A DNA stretch of 64,000 nt from an uncultured Pseudomonadota bacterium. GTDB taxonomy: Bacteria > Oederibacteriota > Muellerivitia > Muellerivitales > Muellerivitaceae. Each line of letters begins with the position of its first letter. Within the stretch, counting starts at the first letter, position 1. Shown here piece by piece: positions 10,112-19,825 of the stretch. The notes beneath the pieces were generated by a model that worked only from the letters and a program-made list of their open reading frames with translations, made no database searches and was not told the origin of the DNA. The stretch is from assembly GCA_963843375.1 (NCBI GenBank), contig CAWJKT010000009.1, forward strand, positions 64,001 through 128,000. Direction: 5' to 3'. The position numbers and the translations under genes were made by a program.

Positions 10112-11035
10112 ATGAGAAACAGCAGCTCTTTTTCAGCGTTGATCTTCTGTGTCATCCTGGGGATTGGCGCGCTATTGGCTTTCGCGGCCTATGGAAACTC
10201 CGATCACCTGGCCAGCATCCTCATCGGATCAGCCGCCTTTTTGGCCGCCTGTTTCGTTTCCATTGCGATTAAAGTCGCGAACCAGTGGGAAAAAGTTGTT
10301 GTGTTGCGGTTGGGAAAGTTTCACGTACTCGCGGGACCAGGATTGTTTTTTCTTATTCCGGTGATCGACGAGATCGCTTACTGGATCGACACACGGGTGA
10401 TCACCGCCACGTTCAAGGCGGAAAAGACCCTGACCAAAGATACGGTGCCGGTCGATGTGGACGCGGTGCTGTTCTGGAAAGTTTTAGATCCCAAGAAGGC
10501 GGCGCTGGATGTGGCCGACTATAAAACCGCCATCAGCTGGGCTTCCCAAACGGCCTTGAGGGATGTGATCGGCAAGACCATGCTCTCCGACATGCTCGAA
10601 GGCAGGGAAAAGATCAGCAAGGAATTGCAGAGAATTATTGATGAACGCACCGAACCCTGGGGCGTGAACGTGATCTCGGTGGAAGTCAAAGATGTGCTCA
10701 TTCCCTCCGCGCTGGAAGACGCGATGTCCATGCAGGCCCAGGCGGAGCGTGAACGCCAGGCCCGGGTGATTTTGGGCGATTCGGAACGCCAGGTGGCCGA
10801 GAAATTCGGGGAAGCGGCCAAGACCTATATCAACAATCCGGTCGCGCTTCATTTGCGGGCCATGAACATGCTTTATGAGGGTTTGAAGGAAAACTCCACC
10901 ATCGTCATTGTGCCCAGCACGGCGGTGGAATCCATGCAGCTCGGAAGCATGGCCGGTTTGACGGCGCTGACCATGGGCATCGGCCAGGAAAAGGCGAACC
11001 AAGCGAAGGTTATCGAACCTCCGAAACAGGAATGA
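10112..11035 (+). CDS. SPFH/band-7 (slipin/stomatin-like) protein
   Basis: VVLRLGK, GPGLFFLIPVID, LTKDTVPVDVDAV, PWGV, QAQAERERQA. Confidence 0.92.
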   Translation: MRNSSSFSALIFCVILGIGALLAFAAYGNSDHLASILIGSAAFLAACFVSIAIKVANQWEKVVVLRLGKFHVLAGPGLFFLIPVIDEIAYWIDTRVITATFKAEKTLTKDTVPVDVDAVLFWKVLDPKKAALDVADYKTAISWASQTALRDVIGKTMLSDMLEGREKISKELQRIIDERTEPWGVNVISVEVKDVLIPSALEDAMSMQAQAERERQARVILGDSERQVAEKFGEAAKTYINNPVALHLRAMNMLYEGLKENSTIVIVPSTAVESMQLGSMAGLTALTMGIGQEKANQAKVIEPPKQE

Positions 11036-11142
11036 CTTTAATCCAAAAGATATGAGCAGTTACCTGACTGCTTGCGGATATCGACTTATTTAACTGAAAA
11101 CGGGCTAGGCTTTTTTTTATCGGTGATGAGTTGAGATGGAGT

Positions 11143-13341
11143 ATGGCAAAAGGAAAAACATCGATGACTCAACTCAAGGCAAGGAAAACTAGGATTTCTG
11201 AAAAAAAGCCGAGCGCGAAGTCAGGCAAGAAGAGCGGTTTGAAATTGACGTTCCCGGCTTTGCAGGCTAAGAATCTTGATTTGGAACAGCTGGAACAATT
11301 AGCCATCAACACGGTTCGTTTCCTGTCCGTGGACGCGGTTCAAAAGGCCAATAGCGGCCATCCGGGTCTGCCAATGGGCGCCGCGCCGATGGCCTATGTA
11401 TTGTGGACCAGGTTTCTCCGTCATCATCCAGCCAACCCTCATTGGCTAAACCGGGACAGGTTTGTTCTGTCAGCCGGACATGGTTCGATATTGTTGTATA
11501 GCCTGCTGCATTTGACGGGCTACGACCTTCCGCTGGAACAACTTAAACAATTCCGTCAATGGGGCAGCAAAACTCCAGGACATCCGGAGCGGGGATTGAC
11601 GCCAGGAGTAGAGACGACTACGGGTCCGCTGGGACAGGGATTCGCCAATAGCGTGGGTTTCGCTATCGCGGAAAAATATCATGCGTCTCTTTACAACCGG
11701 CCGGGACACGAAATTATCAATCATTACACTTACGCGCTTGTCAGCGACGGGGATTTGATGGAAGGGGTATCATCCGAGGCCGCGTCCCTCGCCGGCCATT
11801 TAAAACTCGGAAAACTAATCTGCCTCTACGACGACAATCACATAACCCTTTCCGCCGCAACCAACATTACTTTCACAGAGAACTGCGCGAAACGTTTTGA
11901 AGCTTATGGATGGCATACGCGGACGGTCGAGAATGGAAATGATCTTGAAGAGATCGACCGGGCTATACGCGAGGCGCAAGCGACAGGGGACCGCCCTTGG
12001 CTGATTCTGGTGCGCACTCATATCGGATATGGCTCTCCGCATAAACAGGATACATTTGAGGCGCATGGTTCGCCGCTCGGCGTGGAAGAAGTGAAATTCA
12101 CGAAACAGGCGATGGGTTGGCCGATTGAGCCTCCTTTCCTCATTCCCGACGAAGCGCTCGCGTTATTCCGTATCGCGCTGAAAAAAGGAAAAGAATACGA
12201 AACCGAATGGAATATGAGCTTTTCGGCATACGTAAAATCTTTCCCGGACCTCTCCAAAAAATTTCAACAGCAGATGGCCGGTGAACTGCGGAACGGCTGG
12301 GACAAAGAAGTTCCCATCTTTCCCGCCGATCCGAAGGGCATGGCCACCCGCGCCGCGTCGGGCAAGGTGTTGAACGTGCTCTGCCTGAAACTTTCCGCGC
12401 TCTTCGGCGGCTCCGCGGATCTGGATCCCTCAACTGATACGGCACTTAAAGCGATGGGGGATTTCGAAAATCCAAACGATGAGACTGGAAATTTACAAGG
12501 TTCGATCGGGGGAGGCTGGAGTTATGGCGGACATAACCTCCATTTTGGAATCCGGGAGCACGCCATGGGATCAATCGCGAACGGGTTAGGGGTATATGGC
12601 GGCATCATTCCTTTCACGGCGACTTTTTTAACTTTTTCGGATTATATGCGGCCGTCGATTCGGTTGGCCGCGCTCATGAAACAGAGAGTCATATTCGTCT
12701 TTACCCACGACAGTATTGCTCTGGGTGAAGATGGACCGACGCACCAACCCATTGAACAATTAGCCTCGTTGCGCGCCGTTCCAAATTTACTGGTCATTCG
12801 ACCCGCAGACGCCAACGAAACCGCCGAGGCATGGCGTATGGCCATTGAGACAAAAAATCAGCCCATTGCGCTTATTTTGACCCGGCAGAACGTGCCAACG
12901 CTTGACCGTACCCGTTTTGCGGCGGCGGATGGTTTGCGGCGCGGTGCTTATGTACTGGCAGACGCGCCCAACGGCAAACCCGACATTATTCTTATTGCGA
13001 CCGGATCGGAAGTGGGCTTAATCGTCGAGGCATCGCAAAAACTAATCGAGAAAAAGATCACTGTTCGTCTTGTATCAATGCCGTGTTGGGAATTATTCGA
13101 TGTCCAGTCCCAGAATTACCGGAACAGTGTTCTGCCGCCGTTGGTTCACGCAAGGCTGGCGGTTGAAGCGGGCGCCACACAAGGCTGGCGTAAATATGTG
13201 GGGGATAAGGGTGATGTGATTGGGATAGATCGATTCGGCGCGTCCGCTCCGGGAAAAACAGTGATGAAGGAATACGGTTTTACTGTAGATAACGTTTGTG
13301 ATCGCGCCAGGAAGTTAATCGGTGGGAAAAATCCGAATTGA
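11143..13341 (+). CDS. tkt: Transketolase (Lys-rich N-terminal extension; start uncertain)
   Basis: [43 protein letters not shown]. Confidence 0.96.
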   Translation: MAKGKTSMTQLKARKTRISEKKPSAKSGKKSGLKLTFPALQAKNLDLEQLEQLAINTVRFLSVDAVQKANSGHPGLPMGAAPMAYVLWTRFLRHHPANPHWLNRDRFVLSAGHGSILLYSLLHLTGYDLPLEQLKQFRQWGSKTPGHPERGLTPGVETTTGPLGQGFANSVGFAIAEKYHASLYNRPGHEIINHYTYALVSDGDLMEGVSSEAASLAGHLKLGKLICLYDDNHITLSAATNITFTENCAKRFEAYGWHTRTVENGNDLEEIDRAIREAQATGDRPWLILVRTHIGYGSPHKQDTFEAHGSPLGVEEVKFTKQAMGWPIEPPFLIPDEALALFRIALKKGKEYETEWNMSFSAYVKSFPDLSKKFQQQMAGELRNGWDKEVPIFPADPKGMATRAASGKVLNVLCLKLSALFGGSADLDPSTDTALKAMGDFENPNDETGNLQGSIGGGWSYGGHNLHFGIREHAMGSIANGLGVYGGIIPFTATFLTFSDYMRPSIRLAALMKQRVIFVFTHDSIALGEDGPTHQPIEQLASLRAVPNLLVIRPADANETAEAWRMAIETKNQPIALILTRQNVPTLDRTRFAAADGLRRGAYVLADAPNGKPDIILIATGSEVGLIVEASQKLIEKKITVRLVSMPCWELFDVQSQNYRNSVLPPLVHARLAVEAGATQGWRKYVGDKGDVIGIDRFGASAPGKTVMKEYGFTVDNVCDRARKLIGGKNPN

Positions 13342-13363
13342 TCCAAAACACCAAAAGGAGATT

Positions 13364-14782
13364 ATGGCCATGAAACACGAATTGCAGGTAGGGGATTATG
13401 TGGAGTGGAAATCCGAAGGCGCTCGGGCCAAAGGGGCGATTCTGAAGAAAATCAGCGCTCCACTGAAGTTTAAAACCTACACCGTTCACGCCTCGAAGGC
13501 TGAACCCCAGTATTTCATCAAGAGGGACAAAACCGGCCTGGTGGTTCTGCATAAAGGCACGGCTCTTAAATGGATTGGCGAAAAGGAAGGTGAGATCCGA
13601 AACCGGCCGGCCCTAACGCGGGCGGCAAAACCGAAAAAAAATAAGATTGAAAAACAAAAAGTGAAGAGGAATCGCCTGCGCGAACTGGAGGTTTTTGGTC
13701 AAAGCGTCTGGATGGATTTTATCCAGCGAAAGATGATTATTTCGGGAGAATTAAAAAGCCTCATTGAGACGGATGGATTGAGCGGAGTGACTTCCAATCC
13801 CTCTATTTTTGAAAAAGCGATCGCTGAAAGTACGGATTATGACAGCGCCATACGAGCCCTGGCGCTAAAGGGTAAAACCGTCGAGCAAATCTATATGGCG
13901 CTCACGGTAGAAGACATCCAACATGCGGCCGATCTTTTTCGTCCTCTTTACGACCGTCTCAATGGAGAGGATGGATTTGTGAGCCTGGAAGTTTCACCGC
14001 TCCTGGCGCATGACACCACTGGAACGATTGCCGAGGCGCGGCGGTTATGGACAGCTGTCGGCCGACCCAATGTATTAATCAAAGTGCCCGGAACCAAGGA
14101 AGGTTTACCGGCGATCAAGCAGCTTATTGGCGAGGGAATCAATGTGAACGTTACTTTGCTTTTTGGTCTGTCCCGGTACCGAGAAGTGGCGGAGGCTTAT
14201 GTCGCGGGGCTTGAAACCCGCGTCGCGCAGGGCAAATCCCTGAAAGGGGTGGCTTCGGTAGCCAGTTTTTTCCTGAGCCGCATCGATTCACTGATCGATC
14301 CGATGCTTAAGAAGGTGAAGGAACAGGACAAATCAAAGACGGATCTGGTTGATCAACTGCTGGGACAGGTGGCGATTCTCAGCGCCAAAACCGCCTATCT
14401 GATTTATAAAGAAATTTTTGATCGGGAACAATTCGTTAAACTTCAAACTCAAGGCGCGCAAAATCAACGACTGTTATGGGCCAGCACGAGCACCAAGAAT
14501 CCCGATTACAGCGACCTGAAGTATGTAGATGGCCTTATAGGAACGGAAACGATCAACACCATTCCACTGGAGACGCTTGCCGCCTATAGGGATCATGGCG
14601 ATCCCGCTTATCGGTTGGGTCAGGATGAATTGAGGGCGCACGAAACACTCAAGCTTTTACCTGAAGTTGGAATTGACCTGGATAAGGCGACTCAGCAACT
14701 CGAAGATGAAGGCGTCGAGAAGTTTACCAAGTCATTTGATGATTTGATGAAAGCGCTGAAGAAGAAACGGGCTAAACACTAA
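13364..14782 (+). CDS. tal: Transaldolase with in-frame N-terminal DUF2945/Hva1 Tudor-like domain
   Basis: GVTSNPSIF, SLEVSP, IKVPGT (Schiff-base Lys), NVTLLF, SVASFFLSRID, LWAST; N-terminus VGDYVEWKSE...HASKAEPQYFIKRDKTG. Confidence 0.9.
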   Translation: MAMKHELQVGDYVEWKSEGARAKGAILKKISAPLKFKTYTVHASKAEPQYFIKRDKTGLVVLHKGTALKWIGEKEGEIRNRPALTRAAKPKKNKIEKQKVKRNRLRELEVFGQSVWMDFIQRKMIISGELKSLIETDGLSGVTSNPSIFEKAIAESTDYDSAIRALALKGKTVEQIYMALTVEDIQHAADLFRPLYDRLNGEDGFVSLEVSPLLAHDTTGTIAEARRLWTAVGRPNVLIKVPGTKEGLPAIKQLIGEGINVNVTLLFGLSRYREVAEAYVAGLETRVAQGKSLKGVASVASFFLSRIDSLIDPMLKKVKEQDKSKTDLVDQLLGQVAILSAKTAYLIYKEIFDREQFVKLQTQGAQNQRLLWASTSTKNPDYSDLKYVDGLIGTETINTIPLETLAAYRDHGDPAYRLGQDELRAHETLKLLPEVGIDLDKATQQLEDEGVEKFTKSFDDLMKALKKKRAKH

Positions 14783-14815
14783 ACCAAACTCAAGCTGAAA
14801 ACGGCGGAGGATGAA

Positions 14816-16231
14816 ATGAAGACGCAACAATACGAAATCGGTATGGTCGGACTGGGGGTGATGGGCCGCAACCTGCTGCTGAACATGGCCGACAAAGGTT
14901 TTTCGGCGGCGGGTTACGACAAAGACAATGCCAAAGTCGAGACGTTGTGGAAAGAATCGGATAAACGCGACATTTATGGCGGCGAGGACATCCATAGTTT
15001 TATCGCGCTGCTTAAAAAGCCACGCGCCATCATGATGCTGGTGCCGGCTGGAGCCCCTGTGGACTCGGTCATAAAGGATTTGCTGCCACATCTGGGCAAG
15101 GGTGATCTGATCATCGACGCGGGCAATTCCCATTTCAAAGATACAGACCTGCGTACTAGTGCCCTGGCGGCAAAGGGGATTCAATTCCTCGGTATGGGTG
15201 TGTCGGGCGGGGAAGAAGGCGCTCGTCACGGGCCGAGCATCATGCCAGGCGGGACTAAAGAAGCTTATGAGCGGGTTCGTCTTGTTCTGGAGGCCGCCAG
15301 CGCGAAAGTTAACGACGAACCCTGTGTCACCTGGCTGGGCCCCGGCTCGGCGGGACATTACGTGAAGATGGTCCACAACGGCATTGAATACGGCATGATG
15401 CAGTTAATCTCCGAAACCTACGACCTGATGAAACGAGGCTTGGGCCTCAACGATGATGAAATACATGAGGCCTTTACGTTATGGAACCAGGGTGAACTGA
15501 ACGGCTACCTGGTGGAAATCACCGGACAAATCTTTTCCAAGCAGGACGAGAAAACCGGAAAAAGACTGATAGATGAAATTCTTGATGTGGCCAAGCAGAA
15601 CGGCACGGGTTTATGGACTTCGCAAAGCGCCTTGGAGCTGAAAGTGCCCACTCCCACCATCGATCTGGCGGTTGCTATGCGGGACCTGTCGGTGCTGGTG
15701 AAGGAAAGGGAGCAGGCTGAAAAATTCTATCCCCGGCCCCCACGAAATCTGAATTGCGACCGGAAAATTTTTCTCTTGTTATTGGGGCGCGCACTGTTTA
15801 CGGGAATGATAGTGACTTACGCCCAGGGTTTCGCCCTTTTGGCGGTGGCTTCCGAAAAATACCAATATCACCTCAATCTGGAAGCGATAGCCCGTATCTG
15901 GCGGGGCGGCTGTATTATTCGCGCCGCTTTACTGGAAGATATCCTCGCGGCGTTTCATACAAAGCATGATCTGACAAATTTGCTTCTGGATCCCAACCTG
16001 TCTCGAAAAGTAATGGATCATCAGGTTGATTTGCGCAAGGCCTGTGGTTTGTCCATTGAGTCAGGTGTGCCGGCTCCGGGGTTGATGGCTTCCCTGGGTT
16101 ACCTGGACGCCTTTCGCAGTACCTGGCTGCCGGACAATCTGATCCAGGCCCAGCGAGACTATTTTGGCTCCCACACCTATGAGCGCATTGACGCCAAGGG
16201 AACTTTTCACACTGAATGGGAGCAAAAATGA
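14816..16231 (+). CDS. gnd: 6-phosphogluconate dehydrogenase, NADP-dependent
   Basis: GLGVMG, VSGGEEGA, YVKMVHNGIEY, WRGGCIIR, QAQRDYFGSH. Confidence 0.96.
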   Translation: MKTQQYEIGMVGLGVMGRNLLLNMADKGFSAAGYDKDNAKVETLWKESDKRDIYGGEDIHSFIALLKKPRAIMMLVPAGAPVDSVIKDLLPHLGKGDLIIDAGNSHFKDTDLRTSALAAKGIQFLGMGVSGGEEGARHGPSIMPGGTKEAYERVRLVLEAASAKVNDEPCVTWLGPGSAGHYVKMVHNGIEYGMMQLISETYDLMKRGLGLNDDEIHEAFTLWNQGELNGYLVEITGQIFSKQDEKTGKRLIDEILDVAKQNGTGLWTSQSALELKVPTPTIDLAVAMRDLSVLVKEREQAEKFYPRPPRNLNCDRKIFLLLLGRALFTGMIVTYAQGFALLAVASEKYQYHLNLEAIARIWRGGCIIRAALLEDILAAFHTKHDLTNLLLDPNLSRKVMDHQVDLRKACGLSIESGVPAPGLMASLGYLDAFRSTWLPDNLIQAQRDYFGSHTYERIDAKGTFHTEWEQK

Positions 16232-17798
16232 AAACATTAAAAAAAAATAACCAGCCGGAGCCTATGGTTTTCGTTATTTTTGGGGGATCGGGTGATTTGA
16301 CATGGCGTAAATTAATGCCGTCTCTTTTCGATCTGCACCGGGACGGACGGATGCCGAATAAGTTTGCGATTATCGCGGTGGGGCGATCCACTTTTTCCGA
16401 CACGCAGTTACGCAAACATTTTTTAGACGGAGTCAATCGTTTCTCGCCCAAAGGAAAAGCGAAAAGCGGCGACTGGGCACGCTTCGCCCGAAACGTCACC
16501 TACCAACAGGGGAATTATGACGATCCGGCGACCTATATAGGTTTGGGTAAAATCTGCGACAAGCTGGACAAGGATTGGAAAAGGAAAGCTGGACGTATTT
16601 TTCACATGGCTACTCCCCCCAAGTTGTTTGGAGTCATTCCTAAAATGCTCGCGGACGCGGGTCTGAATCGGGACCGAGCGCATGATCATATCGTAGTGGA
16701 AAAACCTTTCGGTGATGACCTGGAATCCGCGCGGAAGTTGAATCGGATTTTGTTGGATAATTTCAAAGAGTCACAAATTTTCCGCATCGACCATTATTTG
16801 GGCAAGGAAACTGTGAGAAATATACTGGCGTTCCGTTTCGCAAACCCGCTTTTTGAACCGATTTGGAACAGGCGTTATGTGGACTACATTACTATTACGG
16901 TAGCCGAGCAGGTAGGCGTGGGAGACAGGGGGGGTATTACGATAAGTCGGGAGCCTTGCGGGACATGATGCAGAATCACCTTATGCAATTGCTCTGTCTA
17001 GTCGCTATGGAACCGATGGTTTCTTTCGACCCGGATGAGATTCGGAACAAGAAAGTAGATGTGCTTCATTCCGTCATGCCGATTTTGCGCGATTCGGTTC
17101 ACCAATGCGCCGTTCGAGGCCAGTATGGAAACGGCAAAGTGAAAGGGAATAAAATCCGCGGATACCGGCATGAAGAGGGCGTTTCGCCACACTCGAAAAC
17201 GGAAACCTTTGCGGCTTTAAAACTATTTGTCGATAACTGGCGCTGGAAGGGGGTTCCGTTTTATCTACGCACCGGCAAACAACTGAACCGACAGGTCTCG
17301 GAAATTATGATTCAATTTCGCGAAGTGCCGTATGAGTCGTTTCCGGACGAAGCTAAACGTAATTGGCATTCATCCCGCCTTATTTTGTCGATACAGCCGG
17401 AACAAGCCATTGTGATGGGTTTTCAGGCGAAGTACCCCGGACCCAAAATGCTTTTGCGTCCTGTGGAAATGAGATTTAATTATAAGGATAGTTTCGGGAT
17501 ACCATCACCCGATGCCTACGAAACATTGATTTGGGATGTGATGAAACATGATCAAACTTTGTTCATGCGTGATGATCAAGTCGAGGCGGCGTGGACAATT
17601 CTGAAACCAATACTAGAAGTATGGGGAAAATTTAATCCGAAAAATTTTCCGAATTATCCTGCGGGAAGCTGGGGACCGAAAGCCGCAGATGAACTTCTTG
17701 CTCGGGAAGGTCACTCTTGGGGGGTTCAAGAAGTGAAAAAATCAAACTCATTTGTTTCAAAGGGTCGGTCAATGGATTGGAGTCCGGATTGTCCTTGA
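16228..17798 (+). pseudogene. zwf: Glucose-6-phosphate 1-dehydrogenase, split by one frameshift in a G7 run (~16928-16934); possibly a sequencing error
   Basis: GGSGDL, EKPFG, RIDHYLGKE in one frame; GYYD..GALRDMMQNH, RWKGVPFYLRTGK in the next. Confidence 0.9.
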
Positions 17799-18397
17799 AA
17801 ATAGTTCTTCAAGCCGCAGGTTGCTGGCTGTTTTTCTTATCTGCTTCGCTGTGCTCGGCAAGCGGTGACGCGCCAGTATCGGTTGTTTTGACCGAGCGGG
17901 ATTCATACACGCTCAACGCTCAATTCATCGTGCCGGTGCCCCCTCAGAACGCGTGGAACGTTCTGACGGATTACGATCATCTGTCCCAGTTCGTTCACAG
18001 CATGAAGGGCCATATTCGAAGTGAAAAAGGCGACGATTTACTGGTGAACCAGGTTGCCACGGGCGGCTTTCTGTTTTTTACGGTGTCGGTGTCCGCCCTC
18101 TTACTCATTCATGAAGAACCTATTCACGATATTCTTTTTACTGATACCACTGGCAAGGATTTTAAGAGCTACAGCGGGTCATGGAATCTTCTTCCGATAC
18201 CGCAAGGCACGCAAATTACTTATCAATTAAAGGCTGAAAAAAACAAAAACACCCCGGGTTTTGTGACTGGAAAAATTCTTCAAAGTACCACCCGAGATCT
18301 TTTGAATGAATTGCGCATGGAAATGGAACGCCGGAAAGTCATCATTCAGAAAGACGCGAGTTTTCCGACGAAAATCGTTAATCGAGTCACAGATTGA
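17795..18397 (+). CDS. SRPBCC/polyketide-cyclase (START-like) protein with signal peptide
   Basis: AWNVLTDYDHLSQFV, DFKSYSGSW; TTG start overlaps zwf stop. Confidence 0.72.
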   Translation: MKIVLQAAGCWLFFLSASLCSASGDAPVSVVLTERDSYTLNAQFIVPVPPQNAWNVLTDYDHLSQFVHSMKGHIRSEKGDDLLVNQVATGGFLFFTVSVSALLLIHEEPIHDILFTDTTGKDFKSYSGSWNLLPIPQGTQITYQLKAEKNKNTPGFVTGKILQSTTRDLLNELRMEMERRKVIIQKDASFPTKIVNRVTD

Positions 18398-18889
18398 AAA
18401 AAATATGACTCGGTTTTAAAAACAATTATTGATTTTGTTTTGGCTTGTCATGTGATTTATGAGCATTTTCAAAAGAAGTTTTAATGTGTTGTGTGCCGAA
18501 GCCGTTACACTTCATCTGAGTGTAACGGGGATTGATGGTTGCAGTTAGGTTTTACACTTTGCTCGGTGTGTAACAAGCTATCGACGATAGGGTGTAATGG
18601 ATAAAGAAAAAAATTGAACCCAATTACGGGATTAAAAAGGATCGATACTTGTTCCAACCGCCTCAAAACTTCAGGCTTACTATCAAAATGATAGTCGCGG
18701 CTTCTATTTGATATTGTGAATCGTTATGCCAGTATTTTAACAACGGAAAAAATCATCGCGGAATTGGATTTCAAAAGCGGATGAGGCGTAAGATGCGGAA
18801 TTATAAAATTTATCGGATTAAGGAATCGTCCTGCGGATTAAGAAAACGGCACATAACCTTCCCGACGTGATCCGGCGGCGTATGACTCT

Positions 18890-19825
18890 ATGAATCATTT
18901 CTTAAACTCTGTTTTTTACTCAGAGTCTCCCCAGGCAAGCGCTATTTCGGACTTGTTTATCATCGTCTTAATTGTCTGCGCGATTATCTTTTTGATCGTG
19001 ACCGCGATGGTCAGTGTCAGCCTGATTCGTTTCCGCCATCAGCTTGGAAGCACGGACCCTCGGCCCCGTTATGGCAATTGGAAACTAGAGACCACCTGGA
19101 CGGTCATCCCCTTTCTTGTACTGATTTGGCTTCTGACTCTCACCGCGAGAGGAATGAAACAGTCCGATCCGGCTCCGGACAGAAAGCCCGACCTTCTGGT
19201 CATCAGCCATCAATGGTGGTGGGAAGCGCGTTATCCCCAAACCGGGGTGGTTACGGCCAACGAAATCCACATTCCGGTGGGGGTCACCTGGCTGCTGACG
19301 CTGGAATCGGCGGACGTTATTCATGATTTCTGGGTGCCCCGATTAGGGCCCAAAATGGATGTGGTGCCGGGTCATCCGAACCATCTTTGGCTGGAAGCGG
19401 ACAAACCGGGGATTTATCTGGGAACCTGCTCCGAATTTTGCGGCGCCCAGCATGCTCAAATGCATTTTTTGGTGTTTGCCCAGACCGCCGCCGAATTTGA
19501 GGTCTGGCAGAAACAACAGGAAAAGCCCGTGGCTCATTTGTTGTCCGAATCCTCTAAAAAAGGCTCCAAGTTGTTTCAGCAACTCACCTGTATCAATTGC
19601 CATACGATTAACGGCACCAACGCGAAGGGACAAGCGGCCCCGGACCTGACCCACTTCGCCAGCCGGCAGACTTTAGGCGCGGTGATCCTTCCCAATACGC
19701 CGGAAAATTTAGCGCTGTGGCTGAAAAATCCGCAGGCTGTTAAACCCGCTATTCTGATGCCGAATTTAAAACTGACCGACGCCCAGGTCGGCAACTTGAC
19801 GGATTACCTGGAGTCGCTCCAATGA
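18890..19825 (+). CDS. coxB: Cytochrome c oxidase subunit II with fused cytochrome c (caa3 type)
   Basis: QWWW, DVIHDFW, CuA CSEFCGAQHAQM, heme motif CINCH. Confidence 0.95.
   Translation: MNHFLNSVFYSESPQASAISDLFIIVLIVCAIIFLIVTAMVSVSLIRFRHQLGSTDPRPRYGNWKLETTWTVIPFLVLIWLLTLTARGMKQSDPAPDRKPDLLVISHQWWWEARYPQTGVVTANEIHIPVGVTWLLTLESADVIHDFWVPRLGPKMDVVPGHPNHLWLEADKPGIYLGTCSEFCGAQHAQMHFLVFAQTAAEFEVWQKQQEKPVAHLLSESSKKGSKLFQQLTCINCHTINGTNAKGQAAPDLTHFASRQTLGAVILPNTPENLALWLKNPQAVKPAILMPNLKLTDAQVGNLTDYLESLQ

Noticed and set aside
18716..18731. Minus-strand sigma54-like TGGCATAACGATTCA
   Set aside because: The -12 element lacks GC and it points at the 3' end of a convergent gene.
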